Shown piece by piece: positions 34,963 through 48,360 of a DNA stretch of 64,000 nucleotides. The notes beneath the pieces are model-generated. The model was not told where the DNA came from. It did no database searches and saw only the letters and a list, made by a program, of their open reading frames with translations. The first letter of the stretch is position 1, and every line of letters starts with the position of its first letter. Both the position numbers and the translations under genes were made by a program. This DNA comes from Hydrolagus colliei (lineage: Eukaryota), in assembly GCA_035084275.1 (NCBI GenBank), contig CM068769.1, positions 992,001-1,056,000 of the forward strand, given 5' to 3'.

Positions 34963-36100
34963 ACAGTGCAAATTATGAGTGTCCCAATGACAGGTACAGT
35001 TTATTCCATGGGGCGGTACACCCGTTTCAGCTACGTTTGCAACAAAATGATATACCATGGAATCAATATTCCAGTGTTTCTATACTTTATGTTATGTTAG
35101 GATACTTTCTTTTGTAATACATTATAATATTGTATTATACTTTAGGTATCATAGTATTTTATATTCGGTTATTCAGCTTCATAATTGATTGTTTTATTTG
35201 ATATTGTGTCTTTTATATAATATCATAAATTATAGTTCCTTATCATAATTTATATTATGTTAGATTATTGTACTTTATAATACTATGCTTTATGTTACAT
35301 GTAAGGCCAAAACAAACGTAGAATTGTCACGTCAATCCACGACTCTTTGTGTCAGACAGACTGATGCGCGCCATTGGCTGCAACAATTTACCCGAAAATA
35401 ATGCTGGCAATAAACTTTAAAGCATACTTTGTGAAGCGCTTAGAAATATCTAGAAGACACAGAAGCACTAAATCAATTTGATTGAACAATATATGTTGGT
35501 ACATTTTACGAAATTGTACTAAAGATGATATGATTACACTTTATAATAAATGTTATCCTATTTGTTGAATTATTATATTTTTATTAATTTTTTATATTTC
35601 TATCGTTATCTTATATTTTAGATAACGATAGGATATGCCATGCAAATATACACCAGTGCTTTTGTACTTTGCTACACAAAATATTAGTAAGATGTGTCGC
35701 TCTACAAAGGTATATGTTTTTTAAAAAATTAAGTTGCGGAATATCATATTTTGCAGATTAATGTAATATTATACAATATAGCTGATCAAACACATGAGAT
35801 CCCCGAAGCAACATATGACCTTAACATTTCTCCTAGCAAGACGTTTCCGTTATGGTGTATATCAAACTTGTAAGACAGATATTCCGTTATTGGCAAATCC
35901 ACAGATACACACATAATGCCAATTTATTAGTTGAATTTTATCAGGTAACAGCTCGGGTTTGTTCGTTAAGGGCAAGTTACATGGTTTATATGCAAATACA
36001 GAGAGATAGATATTGAACAGTGCAACCTGACAGAGTTCACAATCCCACAGCACAGCGATTTGAGAGCTAATCTCTGCTGGGGGCAGCGCTGTGCCTACAA

Positions 36101-36917
36101 CATACATAGGACACCAGTCAAACTCGACACTCTACACCAGCCTCCCATGTACAATTCAACAAACACCTTCTTTGAACCCAGACGTATATACAGTAGCCAC
36201 GGCTATGAGAAAAACGTCAACTTGCGTTGAAGCAGGCAACCAAAGATTACAAGATGGAGGGAAAGAGAAAGAGTATTCCATAGCTTTGAAACGTTGTGAC
36301 TGAAAGCGCAGCCGCCGATGAGAGAATAACTGGGCAAGAGGGAAACGATGTGAAACTTTACTAGCGTGGCTTGTACATTATGTGACGGTTTGTTTCCCCA
36401 CTCCCCATATGTAGATAAAGAGAGGCCGAGACTCACCCTTATGAGCTAAATTTTCAGCAGTGGCTTTCACCGTCATCATCTCTAGAAATATCACTGCACA
36501 AGGGGAACAGAACAAATACAACAGCTGGAATTATGAACACGATAAGGATATTAAAGCATTGGAAAGCGTGCGGAAGAGATTTACCACGATGGTATCAGCA
36601 ATGAGGGACTTCAGTTATGTCTACTCAGCTATTCAGCTATCAACTCTGCCCCTCAATCATCTATCTATTTACTCTGTCACGCTCGATTCCCAAGCTTCTT
36701 TCTTTCCTTGACAACAAGCCAAAATTATAGTTAGCAGTGCATTCCACAGCAACAGGACGCCCTGTAGTGGACGGCGGGAAATTTGCCTGCACCATACATA
36801 GGACACCAGTCAAACTCCACACTCTCCGCCAGCCTCCCATGTACAACTCAACAAACACCTTCTTTGAACCCAGACGGATGTATAGTAGCCACGGCTATTA
36901 GAAAAACGTCAACTTGC
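36101..36917. repeat. 125-bp direct repeat pair (36101-36225 and 36793-36917)
   Basis: Both copies read CATACATAGGACACCAGTCAAACTC..GAAAAACGTCAACTTGC with few mismatches. Confidence 0.85.
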
Positions 36918-38079
36918 ACCAGAGCTGGTGGTTGATTTCAGGACAGATGGAAAGCAGAGAACGTAGGGCTAATAGGTTGGGAAAAAGCAGGGTTGAAGAA
37001 GAGCGTCTTGAGACTTCTCCTCAAGGAGGCAAGCGAAGGGGCGAGATTCAGCGACTGTGGGATGGAGTGCTAGATGGTAGGCGCAGAGAAGCTGAAAGCC
37101 ATCCCGCCTATGATGGGGCGGTCAACGTGGAGTTGCAGACAGGCAGAGGGTGCTACAGCAGCGACGTGAGGGTGAACGACAGTTGGAGGTCAAACATGAT
37201 GCTGAGAGATGGAATCAGTGATTGGGTTATTAACAGTACTCACAGAATAGGAGAAGCATCTTGAGGATGGGACCTACCTGTAAAGGAGCATAGCTTGGAA
37301 GCGCGTGTCTGGGTCTTGGTGAGGGTAGCAGGTGATTTCCGCAGACTTGTACATCAACCACACGGTGGAGATGTACGGAGATGTAGCAGCTCTTGTGGCG
37401 ATCGCTGAGATCCGTGATCTACAAACACGAACATTCCTGTAACACGTCAACAGGGTATGTGCACTGTCCTCAGGAAAGCAGCATAGCTGATGATGTCTTT
37501 TACTGTAACAGCAACTCAAATATCTGCACCCCTACACCCGCCCACTATAATCTGCCAGTTTAGATTAACCGTTGAAGCTCTGTGTCCAGAAGAAGCATGG
37601 CTTCAGAGCATTGGACTCCAGCAGTTACCACAAGTCCAAATAGGATATGAAGAAATTTGAAAGGATGTACTGGACATTTACGTGGAAGAAACCAGGGTTG
37701 AGTGATTGCAGTTATGTGCAGAGACGAGAAAACATGAAATTGATCATATTAGTTTCGTGAAATTACGGGACGTTTTAGTGCATTTAGTCAGCAAATTTAT
37801 GAGTGCTTTGTTGAAGCAGCAAGATACAATCTTTGTTCCACTTGTATTAACCCAAGGACACAGATCATTGGCAAAAGCAGCGGAATGGAGATATGAGACG
37901 CAGATTTTCTTTACATCTCAAGCTACTCACGTGGAAACCAAACTCTCTGAATGTATGGTGGAAACAGCTTCAATAAAAACTTTCAAAGTGGAATTAGAAA
38001 TGTACTTGTAAATGGACAGGGATGCGGATTCCAGCATAGATGAAGGTAGTTGAAGAGGATAAATTGGAAAAGATATACA

Positions 38080-38480
38080 ACAACAAGAGAAACCATAGAG
38101 CGCCTTTCACGTCGGGAGGACGTCCCAAGTTAGGTCGGGACCCGAGAAGGGAGTAGTGGGGTGGAGGGGGTGCGGTGGCGTGGTGGAGGAGAGTTAGGGC
38201 TAAGGTAAGTAGGAAAGTGGGAATATTTAGAAGGGGAACGGAAGGTACCCTCTAAGAGGAATATCTTGAGACCGGACTAGGAGCAGAACTGGGAGGAAGT
38301 GGGGAAAAGGGATTGCGGGATGAATGTTGGGGCAGAGAGGCTGAGAACGCAACCGTCCGTGGTAGGGCAGATAGGGCAGGCGACGTGGCACAAGTTAGTG
38401 CCCGCTGAAAGGAGGGGACGGAAAGGCAGGAGGCTGGAGAGATAAGTGGGGCAACGTCGTGAATGGCCTTGACAGTTAAA
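38080..38480 (-). mobile_element. L2 3' fragment
   Basis: Tail (caacaacaa..gcgcctttcacgtc) plus a purine-rich L2 body on the plus strand. Confidence 0.6.
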
Positions 38481-39486
38481 TAGGTAAATAGTCGAAAGTT
38501 AGGAATGGTTCTGTCTCCGTTTCAATGTGCTGAAAGACCTAAATCTTGGAGCATGCATGACACAATGATTTCATAATGCATACAATCTTGCCAACCTGTG
38601 GGATCCTGGCAACTTCACAAAGATCATCACAAGGAGCAGCTCACAACACATACAGTCAACTCACTTTAAGGTGGAAACTGTGAAGCTTTTTTATGTCTTG
38701 AAGTTCTCATGCCTTATCAGAGCCACAAGTTTTAACCCGAAGCATGGCTCTGACCTTCTTCCCAGCTCGCACCCTAACCCTAACTGGAAACACTGATGAA
38801 CAAATCAAACATTGTCCCCCAAAAATAAACCTGGACCGCATATGGACACTAACACTGAGCATCCTCACTTACATTTTTGATTTACTTGGCGGAAATCAAC
38901 AAACGTAGACAAAGTAAAACGCACAATTTCCAAGAAGCTGACCGAGGAAAGAGAGTTGTGTTAAAGCGACTGCGATATGAAAACAGATCTGTGCAGTGTC
39001 CCTTTGTACCGATACATTTATACTTCAGCTTATCACGGCATCAAAACATCTGGAAACCACCACCAACTCCGAAGAGAAAACAAACTTTGTTTGTCTGTCT
39101 GTCAATCATTTTTCACTGATTCTTGAGAGCCTGCACGACCGTTCGCCCGCCACACGCCAGAGAAATTGTACAGAGAAATTCAGAGAATAGAAGCTCCGTT
39201 ACCCAAACTGTGCTGTTGCATTTATTCATTTTACTTTGTTTGAATGTATGTTTGCTTAGTTTGTCATAAGTATGCAGTAATAACAATCCCTGCATTTGAT
39301 ATATCGCTGTTCAAATCTCATAGATGTCTCAAAGCGCTGCACAGAATATAGTGTGAATTGACTCTATATATGTGTGCGAAACGCGAATCTTCGAAACTAT
39401 CGAAGATTGAAAAACGGCAAAATCTGTACTTCAATTGATTACCTCAAACGAGAGGGCCAGCGATAGTGATGGTGAGGAAACAATCG

Positions 39487-39629
39487 NNNNNNNNNNNNNN
39501 NNNNNNNNNNNNNNNNNNNNNNNNNNNNNNNNNNNNNNNNNNNNNNNNNNNNNNNNNNNNNNNNNNNNNNNNNNNNNNNNNNNNNNNNNNNNNNNNNNNN
39601 NNNNNNNNNNNNNNNNNNNNNNNNNNNNN
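39487..39629. other. Assembly gap (143 N)
   Basis: Run of N. Confidence 1.
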
Positions 39630-41374
39630 AGAGTATAAAAGGCAGAATGAGTATGAGAGAGAGAATAATCTGCAGCTTGTGAAGGGAGTAGCTGGGAAAG
39701 CCGACAAGGAGGGAATCGCGCTCAGATGTGATGAATGCATGGATTAGCGTTTCGGCAGTGTAACTACGAGATAGTCTGGCAATGTTGTGTATGTGGTGGA
39801 AAAACATTCACTTCGCAGACTTGAGGAACAGGGATCGACCCCGCGGGGACTGAAACATTATGCAAACGTGGATGCGTCACACAAATGGCCTTGATTAATT
39901 GCTTACTTAATGACAAATCGATCGCACTTGCTCGCCGATTGTAAGACCGCATTCCAGTGGAAATTATTCCACCATCAATAAAATATTACAACAACTGATT
40001 GGTCAGCGGATCGACAAAAGTACGTGGAATACTATGGTGCATAGTAGTGTTCCAGATTTGGGCCACATATATGCAATCAATCCGCTTGATAGTACATGGT
40101 GTGAAACAATTTGAGACGTCTGGAAGACATGAAAATCGCAACATCAAATGCAATAATATTATTAGTATCACACGGTCAGTATATTGCATGTTTTTGAGAT
40201 GTCGCCAATGAATCTTCCCAAACTACATAAACAGTCTGTGTGTTTATCCCACAAATGTGTAGTAAATTTTCCTACTTTCCTTCCCCCAAACACGACACTT
40301 CCCTCTGCACTGTTCCCTATCTCTTTCCACTCCTTGCTCCCTCATTTTCTTTTCCCTACCCCGACAACTCCCGCCGTTCTCTTTTCCCTAACTTGGGACT
40401 TTTTTTATTCTGTAAATCTTTTTAAGACGTCGTTAAGACGTGCAAAGCGCTATATAAGTGAAAGGATTGTTATTGTTTATTATTATATCCGTGAATTTAA
40501 CATCTAACAACATCATCAATAAAATTACATTTGCAAAGCCACTTCCATGTCGAGAACACTCGGGCCCAAACACATTTACACGAACCCTGATCATAAGCAG
40601 ACACGCCTTCCCCTCCCATAGCTTCTCGTTTATTTGTTAGAAATTGACTCAAATTTTGAACGTAAAAATAGAAAAACTGTGAGCAGCTTAAAGTGCTAAA
40701 ATAGGTGTGATAAAGAGTCTGAACTGTGATCTCTGTGGTTTCCCCGAAGGTAGATATACGTGCTTTTCACTCATCACATCAAATCAGCTAAGCACTCTTC
40801 ACTAGCTTTTCAACACGAAACAAAACCTGCTACACTTATTCTTTCTGTAGTCTCTGTGTGCTTCTATTTTCACGTGAGGCTCAATCACACGCTATCTTTC
40901 CATCTTGCTATCGCTCTCTCCCACTCACCACCTGACTCCATCTCTGTCTCCCTTTATCTTGCTCTCCGTGGCGGACTATCTGTTTCTCTGTCTCTGCCTC
41001 TACTTCGCTCTCGCTCTCTCTCTCCCCCCTCACACACACCTTATCTTTCTGTGTGCAGTGCCAACTGTATAGTTTTATTAAATTCATAAAATTTGCATTT
41101 TATGTCAAAATCATTTACATTTCTGAATGATGTAAATCGTATCAGAAAAGAGCAGAATTAGAATTCACCATTCTGGTTGACGAGTCGGCCAGCTAAACGC
41201 TGTGATAGTATACATTGTATCATTGCTGAAATAGTTGTATATTTAGATAATTAAATTCAACAGTATGTTTCCACTGCTGAACTACAATCTGCCGACCTCG
41301 CTATTGCTTTTTTTGAAAACAGTGAACGTTGATACAGTGCCTATCATGTGGAGAGGAAGTCGCAATGCAAATAA

Positions 41375-41725
41375 GAGTCGAAGATTGGGAACAGAACGTA
41401 AGAAGATGAGGATTAGGAGGAGGACTAGGCCATTCGGGAAACTCGAGCCTGCCATGCCAATCGACAAGATCATAGCTGAACTTCTTATCTATCTCCACCT
41501 ACCCGCCTTATCCCAATATCCCTTTATCCACAAAAAGTATATCAATCCCAGTGTTCAATATTTTCAATGCTTGAGCATCTACAGCCCTTTGGGTTAGAGA
41601 ATTCCATCAATTCACTACGCTCAGTGCAAAAGGGCTGAACCCTAATTTTAAGAATGTAAGCCCGGGTTATAATTTCTCCAACCAGAGGAAAACGTCTCCA
41701 ACTATCTAGTCTGTAGCGCGGACAG
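41375..41725 (-). mobile_element. Old CR1 3' fragment
   Basis: TAGGCCATTCGG..CTCGAGCCTG..GATCATAGCTGA end with a degenerate ORF2 C-terminus. Confidence 0.55.
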
Positions 41726-43127
41726 GTACAAGGCACCTTTCAAGTCGTGAGTTTAGCTGATAACGAATAGGAGACTACACAGGGAGTTGACAGTAGGTGC
41801 ACATTAATTTAGTTAGTGTGAAATCTTATGCTAAAGTAACTTTCACTATTTCCAGCAGTAAAACTCCCTCTGCGACACGGTTTTCCCTGTATAAGTACCC
41901 AGTTGCCGATTATGGTTTCTCTTCACAATCAGAACCAGCTATAACAGCGATTCTCAATGACTGCAGAAGCACTTAAGCTTAAAGTTGTATTTTGGGGGCA
42001 GACAATGCATTTAAGACGCACTGATTGGAGACTCTTGTTTTGATCAAGGAGGAGCAGGCCAGGCTGCCTTGTGATCTGTGCTACATTTGTGGGAATGATT
42101 GTGTCTCCAGATAAGATTGCAGCGATTTACAAGTTTCACAGGAAACCACTTACGCTGCTTTCACCCTAACAATAATATATTTGAAATATACACAATAATA
42201 AAAAATAATAAATTAAAACCACGAACTTTGGTGGGGGACGCAGTTGTGCGCAATTAGCTGCCGCTTTTCGCCTACAAACACAGTCAATTCACTTTACAGT
42301 GTCATCTGTGAAGCGCTTTGAGATATCGATAAGATGTGAAAATCGATATATCAAATGCAAGGTTCATTATTATTATCCAATCCCACCAGGCCTCACAGCT
42401 GTTGCCCATTGAACCTGTCATGTTGGATGTATAATTGACGGGAATGGAAGGACACATTTAGAATTTTAATTAGAAGTTTTTTTTCCAAGCTAGAGAGGGT
42501 GGCTGGATGTAGGATTGGCTTCTATTCTGACTTCAGAATAAAAGATAGTGCCAACAATCAGTAATAAGCTTTGTCTGTCCCACCAAGGCTGTTTGTGGAA
42601 CGTTAGTAGTACAAAAATATGTTCCAATCTTCACTCGCAGCATACACATTCACTCCAATTTAATGTATATTGTGTGACATGACTTGTCCTATTGGTGAGA
42701 AAGGCTATCTGCCGAAAGCAATAATTATTATCCTCTTGGTTGCGGAGGAGGTATAGATTGAGCATACAAGGCCCGTTGCTGCCCTAAACAATGCCGACCA
42801 TACTGCTCTAAACAAGGTCCAGCTCTCATCGTCTCTCAAACAATGGTCTCTCGCATTCTCCATCTAACACGCTCCCTATATCTCTTTGTAATTATTTCTC
42901 CCACACGCTCCCACTTTCTCCCTCTCCCTCCGCCATTTGTTTCTCTCACCCATTCAGTATCTGTCTCTCACACAATGCATCTAATACTCTCAGTCTATCG
43001 CTCTCTAACAGACCATATCTATCACACAGGCTCTACCGGTACCATTCTTGTATATGCACATTATGCAGTGCCTCTGCATAATGTCTATCATTCGCTTAAC
43101 AGAACTAGAAACGGCACAGTATGATAG

Positions 43128-43447
43128 TAATAACATAATATACATTGCATTTGATATATCGCTTTTCACACCTTATCAATTTCAGAAAGAGTTTCACAGA
43201 ATATATTGTAAAGTGAATTGTCTGCTAATTTATGGGCGAATCTCGGCAACGAATTGCGCAAAGCAGCGTCCCACAAACAGTCGTGGATTGAAATTACCAA
43301 TTTTATTATTTTGAGAGGGATTATTATTAGGTGAGGAAACTTGCTGAAGGTTTCGCCCTGTCCTGCTTAGATACGAACATAGATCGCCCCAGCATGGTCT
43401 CCCAACTTGCAAGTCAAGTGCTCTAACTAATAAACCACATGAGCTCC
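43128..43447 (-). mobile_element. tRNA-head SINE
   Basis: GGAGCTCATGTGGTTTATTAGTTAGAGCACTTG head on the minus strand, with body and tail. Confidence 0.75.
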
Positions 43448-44619
43448 CAAAAGGTGGTAGAGTCCGATTCGATAATTTTCTTTTAAAGAGTGGTATACAT
43501 TTATTTGGGGAGGATTGGTTTACACGTTTATATGAAGAGAGCTGGGGAGTGGGATTGAACTGCTCCTGTCAAAGACACTTAATCAACCAAGTGTGCTCCT
43601 TCTGTGCCATAGTTTTCTGTTACGCTATGATTACTAGCCTTTATCCCATCTAACTATCTCTTCCAGCCAATTTAATTGGGCATGTTGAAATCTCGCATTA
43701 TATGGAAGTACCAAGTAAATACATTTCCCCAATTTACTCTAGAATTGTTTCAGATTTTGCAGTTTGTACCAGATGAATTCGACTCGCATACGAAAGTGAT
43801 AATATTCAACGTGTGTCAAATTTCAACCGCTGATGTGCCGTTGAACCACCGTCAAGTTATTAGCTTAGCAGTGTTATCACTAAGCAAGCAGAAAACGCAC
43901 CAATCTTCGCCACCTCCATCAACTTCTCGCTTATTTGTTGGATTGGCACAAAGAGAGGAGCTAGAAATCAAAAACAGAGGAGCTGAAATTCGCCAAAGAT
44001 GGATTATCTGAAACATTTGAGTTGTGAATACTGATGTTTGTGTTACCATGCAGAAATGTTTCCCTCAAGTTGACATCCGACAACTTAACGAAGCTACACA
44101 TGCAGCCAACGGCAAACAAAACTAAACATTCTGGTTGAACCATTATTGTGGTTTAGCTGAGCCGCATTACCAGATAGAAAGCACAAACCACATCAATCTG
44201 CCTGCTCAATGTGCTCACACAACTAACAGCAAAATGAATATCAATAAATAAGCACAGCAACATAATCTCTGTGCGGGATATTTAATCCTAACTTTATCTG
44301 CACAGAACCTATTTGAATCTTGAATATGCGATTCAAAAGTAGATATTTAAAAACAAATACAGCCGTTATCAAGATTTCGAGCAGCTTCAGAGAAAAATTC
44401 TTAATCAAAATGCATTTTTTTCAAAAGCAGCACATCAAGCACCCATTTCTAAGAAGCAGATAGAGTGAGTCTCGTCAGCGACACAATAAAATGGAGTCAG
44501 TCAGCTCAGTGGTAGGAGCATTCACATCGCAATCGTGAGAGCATGCGATGAATCCATAGGGAGATTGAAACGTGAGCCATTGTTCGTTATTCCACACACA
44601 TGCTTCTATTAACCAGTAG

Positions 44620-45040
44620 CAACAACAACATCAACAACAACCTCCATTTCTATAGCGCCCTCCACGCCGGACGGCGTCTCAGAGCAATGAATATCACAAC
44701 AATGAATCAAGAGACCGAACAAGGGGAATGGGGAGAAAGGCGAACACAGGCGCGGTCGAAGCGAAAGATCTTGAGCAGACATCTGAAAGTGGCATGGGGA
44801 AGGGGCCGAGGCGAAGGGAGGGAGGAAGTGACTTCCAGATCCTCGGGGCGCACTGGCTGAAGGCACGACCACAGATGGTGGAGCGGAGGATTCAGGCTAA
44901 ATGAGTAGGCCAGATCCGGTGGTTCGAAGACAATGTGTTCTGGTTTGAGGAGAGAGGAGGTCAGAGAAGTAGGGAGGTGCAGATTAATGGAGGGATTTGA
45001 TGACAAGTTTGACGATCTTAAATCGATCTTCTCCGAAACA
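44620..45040 (-). mobile_element. L2 3' fragment
   Basis: LHWLPVSEKIDL..motif and a (CAA)n tail. Confidence 0.7.
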
Positions 45041-48000
45041 GGGAGCCAGTGAAGACTGCACAGTTCTGGGATAATGAGGGAGGGAAGTTTGCTGCGTATG
45101 TGAATCATAGGAAGGAACTCGCTTGTTCATCGATTGTCGAATTACGATGAAAATAAAACCTCCAAAATATATATATTTCGTTAGTAATTATTGTTTGGTC
45201 AGTGGATCCACGAAGGTATGAGGCACAGTGTGCTATGCAATTTCCTTCCCTGTTTGGCACTGCAAACACACAGCCATTACTTTGTTAGTTTAACATTTGA
45301 AACGAATTTAAACTTCTGGACGTTTTCCCGAAGGCGCTGCATCAGATATAAGGAGGTTTATAATTTGGCTGATTTGTGCAGCACTCACCCCCACCCCACC
45401 CCATCCACCATCCACCTCCCAACCACTCTCCACTACCACCGATAAACCGGCCTGATTTGCTGCGGATCTTGCAACAACTAAAAACATCAAATCTACCTTA
45501 TGCACCAAAGCACTAAACACTAAAGACGCCCGCTCACCTCCATCTCTGTGTCGTTTATTGGATGGAAATTAACAGAAAGATTGAAACTCAAATCAGACAA
45601 ACATTGAGAGGATGAACATTGAAAACACATAGCGAAAAACAGGTGTGGTGAAGAGTTTGAGGTGTGAAAACGGAAATGCGTAGGTTTAGTCACCACATCA
45701 CAGCATCTATACAAATTTTGCTGGCTGCAAAGAGCAAAGGAAATCTCTGTGTCTTGTTCCAACTGACATTCTCTCTCCCCCATTATGGCTGGCTGGCCTC
45801 TTTAAAGCTACGTCTCTCTTCTTCTTTATCTCCCTCTCTCTCATTCTCTGTGATTCTCCCTCTCACGATAGCTGTCTCTCCTTGAAAACACGGTCACTGC
45901 ACGCTATCGCACAGTCTCTCTTTGTCCGTCTGTGACTCTCTCTCATTCCCTCTCCTTCTATCTCCCTCTCCTTCTATCTCCCTCTCTGACTCTCCCACCG
46001 AGCAGCAGACTGCATTTGAACAGCATTGTATATTTTGCATGCAAAATGTTATACAAGTTTCCTTACTTCATACACACAAACAAACGTGCACAATCCTATG
46101 TTTACCTAACAAAAGCCGGGTATCCAATTGTTACTCGACTGTTGGATTTCTGCATTCGAGAATGCATACCTCAATATTACTACCAGTGCTGTGCGAAAAT
46201 GTCTGCTGTGTTTCACACTCATTATTGGCACACAATAATGTATGCCATTATTGTATGCCTATACAATAGTATGACTAGGGTTGGTGTATCATATGGAAGC
46301 AATATTACCAGTATTATTAGTATGTGCGTCTGTGTATTGGTAGTGAACCATGGCATCGCCATAAAGGATTCGGGACGCTGTCATTCGTGAGGCACACTAT
46401 ATAAACGCAGGATGTTTTTGTTCAATCAATGTGATGAGTGATATTTGTTAGACAACTTTAGAAACAATAATAAACAGCATACCAGTTTGAATCGCCTGAT
46501 TTGAAGCGAAACAAATCAACATTCAGCCTTGCTATTTCATGTTGCCATACATACAGTTACTTCACTCTACGGTATATTTTGTGAAGCTCATTCAACGGCG
46601 AAAAAAGCAGGATGAACCATTTCATCAAATATACGATTGTTATTTTCAACAAAGTCGTATAATATCCAAACGGAAGTTAGGCCACATATTGTAGCATCAC
46701 TTACTGTGAACGTCTCATTGTGAAAATTAGTTCGTTAATCCCTACTCTCCTCTGCACCCGATAAGTCTCTGACCTCCTCGCCCCTCACAACAATACCTGC
46801 TGCCTTCGCTGCACCGTATCTGGCTTCCTCCATGTCCCCACGAATCCTACTCTCCACCATCGTCGGTCTTGCCTTCAGTCACTGCTCCCCGAGGCTCTGG
46901 AACTCCCTTCGCCTCGCCCCCTCTCTTCTTACATTCAGGTCTCAGTTCGAGAACTTTCCGTTCTACCGCAGCTTCTGTCACCCTTTTTCCCCCTGCCCCT
47001 GTCTCCAGCTCTGAATCCGTTATTGTGAAGCGCTCTGAGACGCCGTCCGTCTGGCAGGGAGTTATCTAAATCGAAGTTGTTGTACATTTGGGATAGAGCT
47101 CTCAGCAGCCCTAGATATGCTGTGGAACACTCCATTCTCAGGTACAGGATTCAAGACCCTGGCGTAGGGTTCATAGCTGCGTTGGATCCTGTTACTATGT
47201 TACGAACCTCTAGATTTGCTCTCGTAAGAACTGCTCATCTCCCATCAAGGAGGAAAAAACAGTTTAATAATAACGTTGCGGGCAGCTACACTGTACAGCG
47301 CCACCCTCTGGCGGCAGGGAAGCTGCACCTTAATGTTCTGTGGAGTAATTAAACACGCAATAAATCACAGGAAATGATGATATCGCTCAAATACACAACA
47401 GTCTCAGTAGAGATAATAACAGGCGAATTTATTTCTCAGAGTTACCATTCACTAGCATTGGGAATTTCGCCTATATCCATGCCATCTCAAACTTTCCATA
47501 TGTATATCAAATATGTGTAATTCTTAACTGTTTTATATTGAGCTCAAATTTGTATCATGATGGAACTCGATGTATAAAGTGAATCCAACCAAATCCCTGA
47601 TAATTCTGTGCAATTCCCCTAAACATGTGCTTTACCACCTAGTCGAATGCAATGTACTATTTCTCTTGCTGGAAGTATGCATCTCAACTAACCAACTGCA
47701 GTGTGTATCATGTGTAAATTTTGAAGACTGTGCGAATGTGAAATCCTGGGTTTTATCCATCTTAATACGTTGTTTTTGCTATTGAGAACACTGTATAGCA
47801 ATATTTCACAGTGCTTCAATCTAACGCCGTATCAGCCTTCTTGTGGGCAATACACGTTGTTTTTTTTGTGGCTTAACTGGCAAATAAATCGTTGAGTCCT
47901 GGAACTTAACAGGCTGTCAAGCGTGAAGAGAGTGTCCTGTAGGTTGGACATGGTACAAGTGAGAGAAGAGTGGTGGCAGAGTCGGTAATGTGGAGCAACG

Positions 48001-48256
48001 GTTGCGCGGCAGCTGACCTGTAATCGACAGAGAATAAGCTGTTGAAAACTCTTAATGTTGGCACTGGCGAACTGTGCCAAGCTGGCGAAAACGACTGTCA
48101 CGGCGCACACTGATGACTGGTCACTGCTGGCTCTCTTCTTGGACGCGACTATTGACCTGTGTTTCCCTCCCTCACCTACTCCAGGCCGAGTGGCTGGAGT
48201 AGCTGAGCAAGGGAAGCTTCATATGAATGCACTATCACTAGCTGAGTACTGATACC

Positions 48257-48360
48257 ATGGTCACCATCTCAGCACTATGCCCATGGTGACCAGCTCAGCA
48301 ATAACTCTATGGTGACCAGCTCAGCGATAACTCTATGGTGACCAGCTCAGCACTAACTCT
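48257..48360. repeat. 26-bp minisatellite (ATGGTGACCAGCTCAGCRATAACTCT), 3 good copies + 1 degenerate
   Basis: Units start at 48257, 48283, 48309 and 48335. Confidence 0.9.

Noticed and set aside
41700-41990. Possible decayed Ig exon (LYREN..VTLA..MCTY)
   Set aside because: The similarity is too weak to call without an alignment.
44044-44143. Signal-peptide-like ORF MVQPECLVLFAVGCMCSF with a GT donor
   Set aside because: No partner exon was identified and the hydrophobic core is short.
48257-48360. CRISPR-like array
   Set aside because: These are contiguous tandem units without unique spacers, in a vertebrate context.
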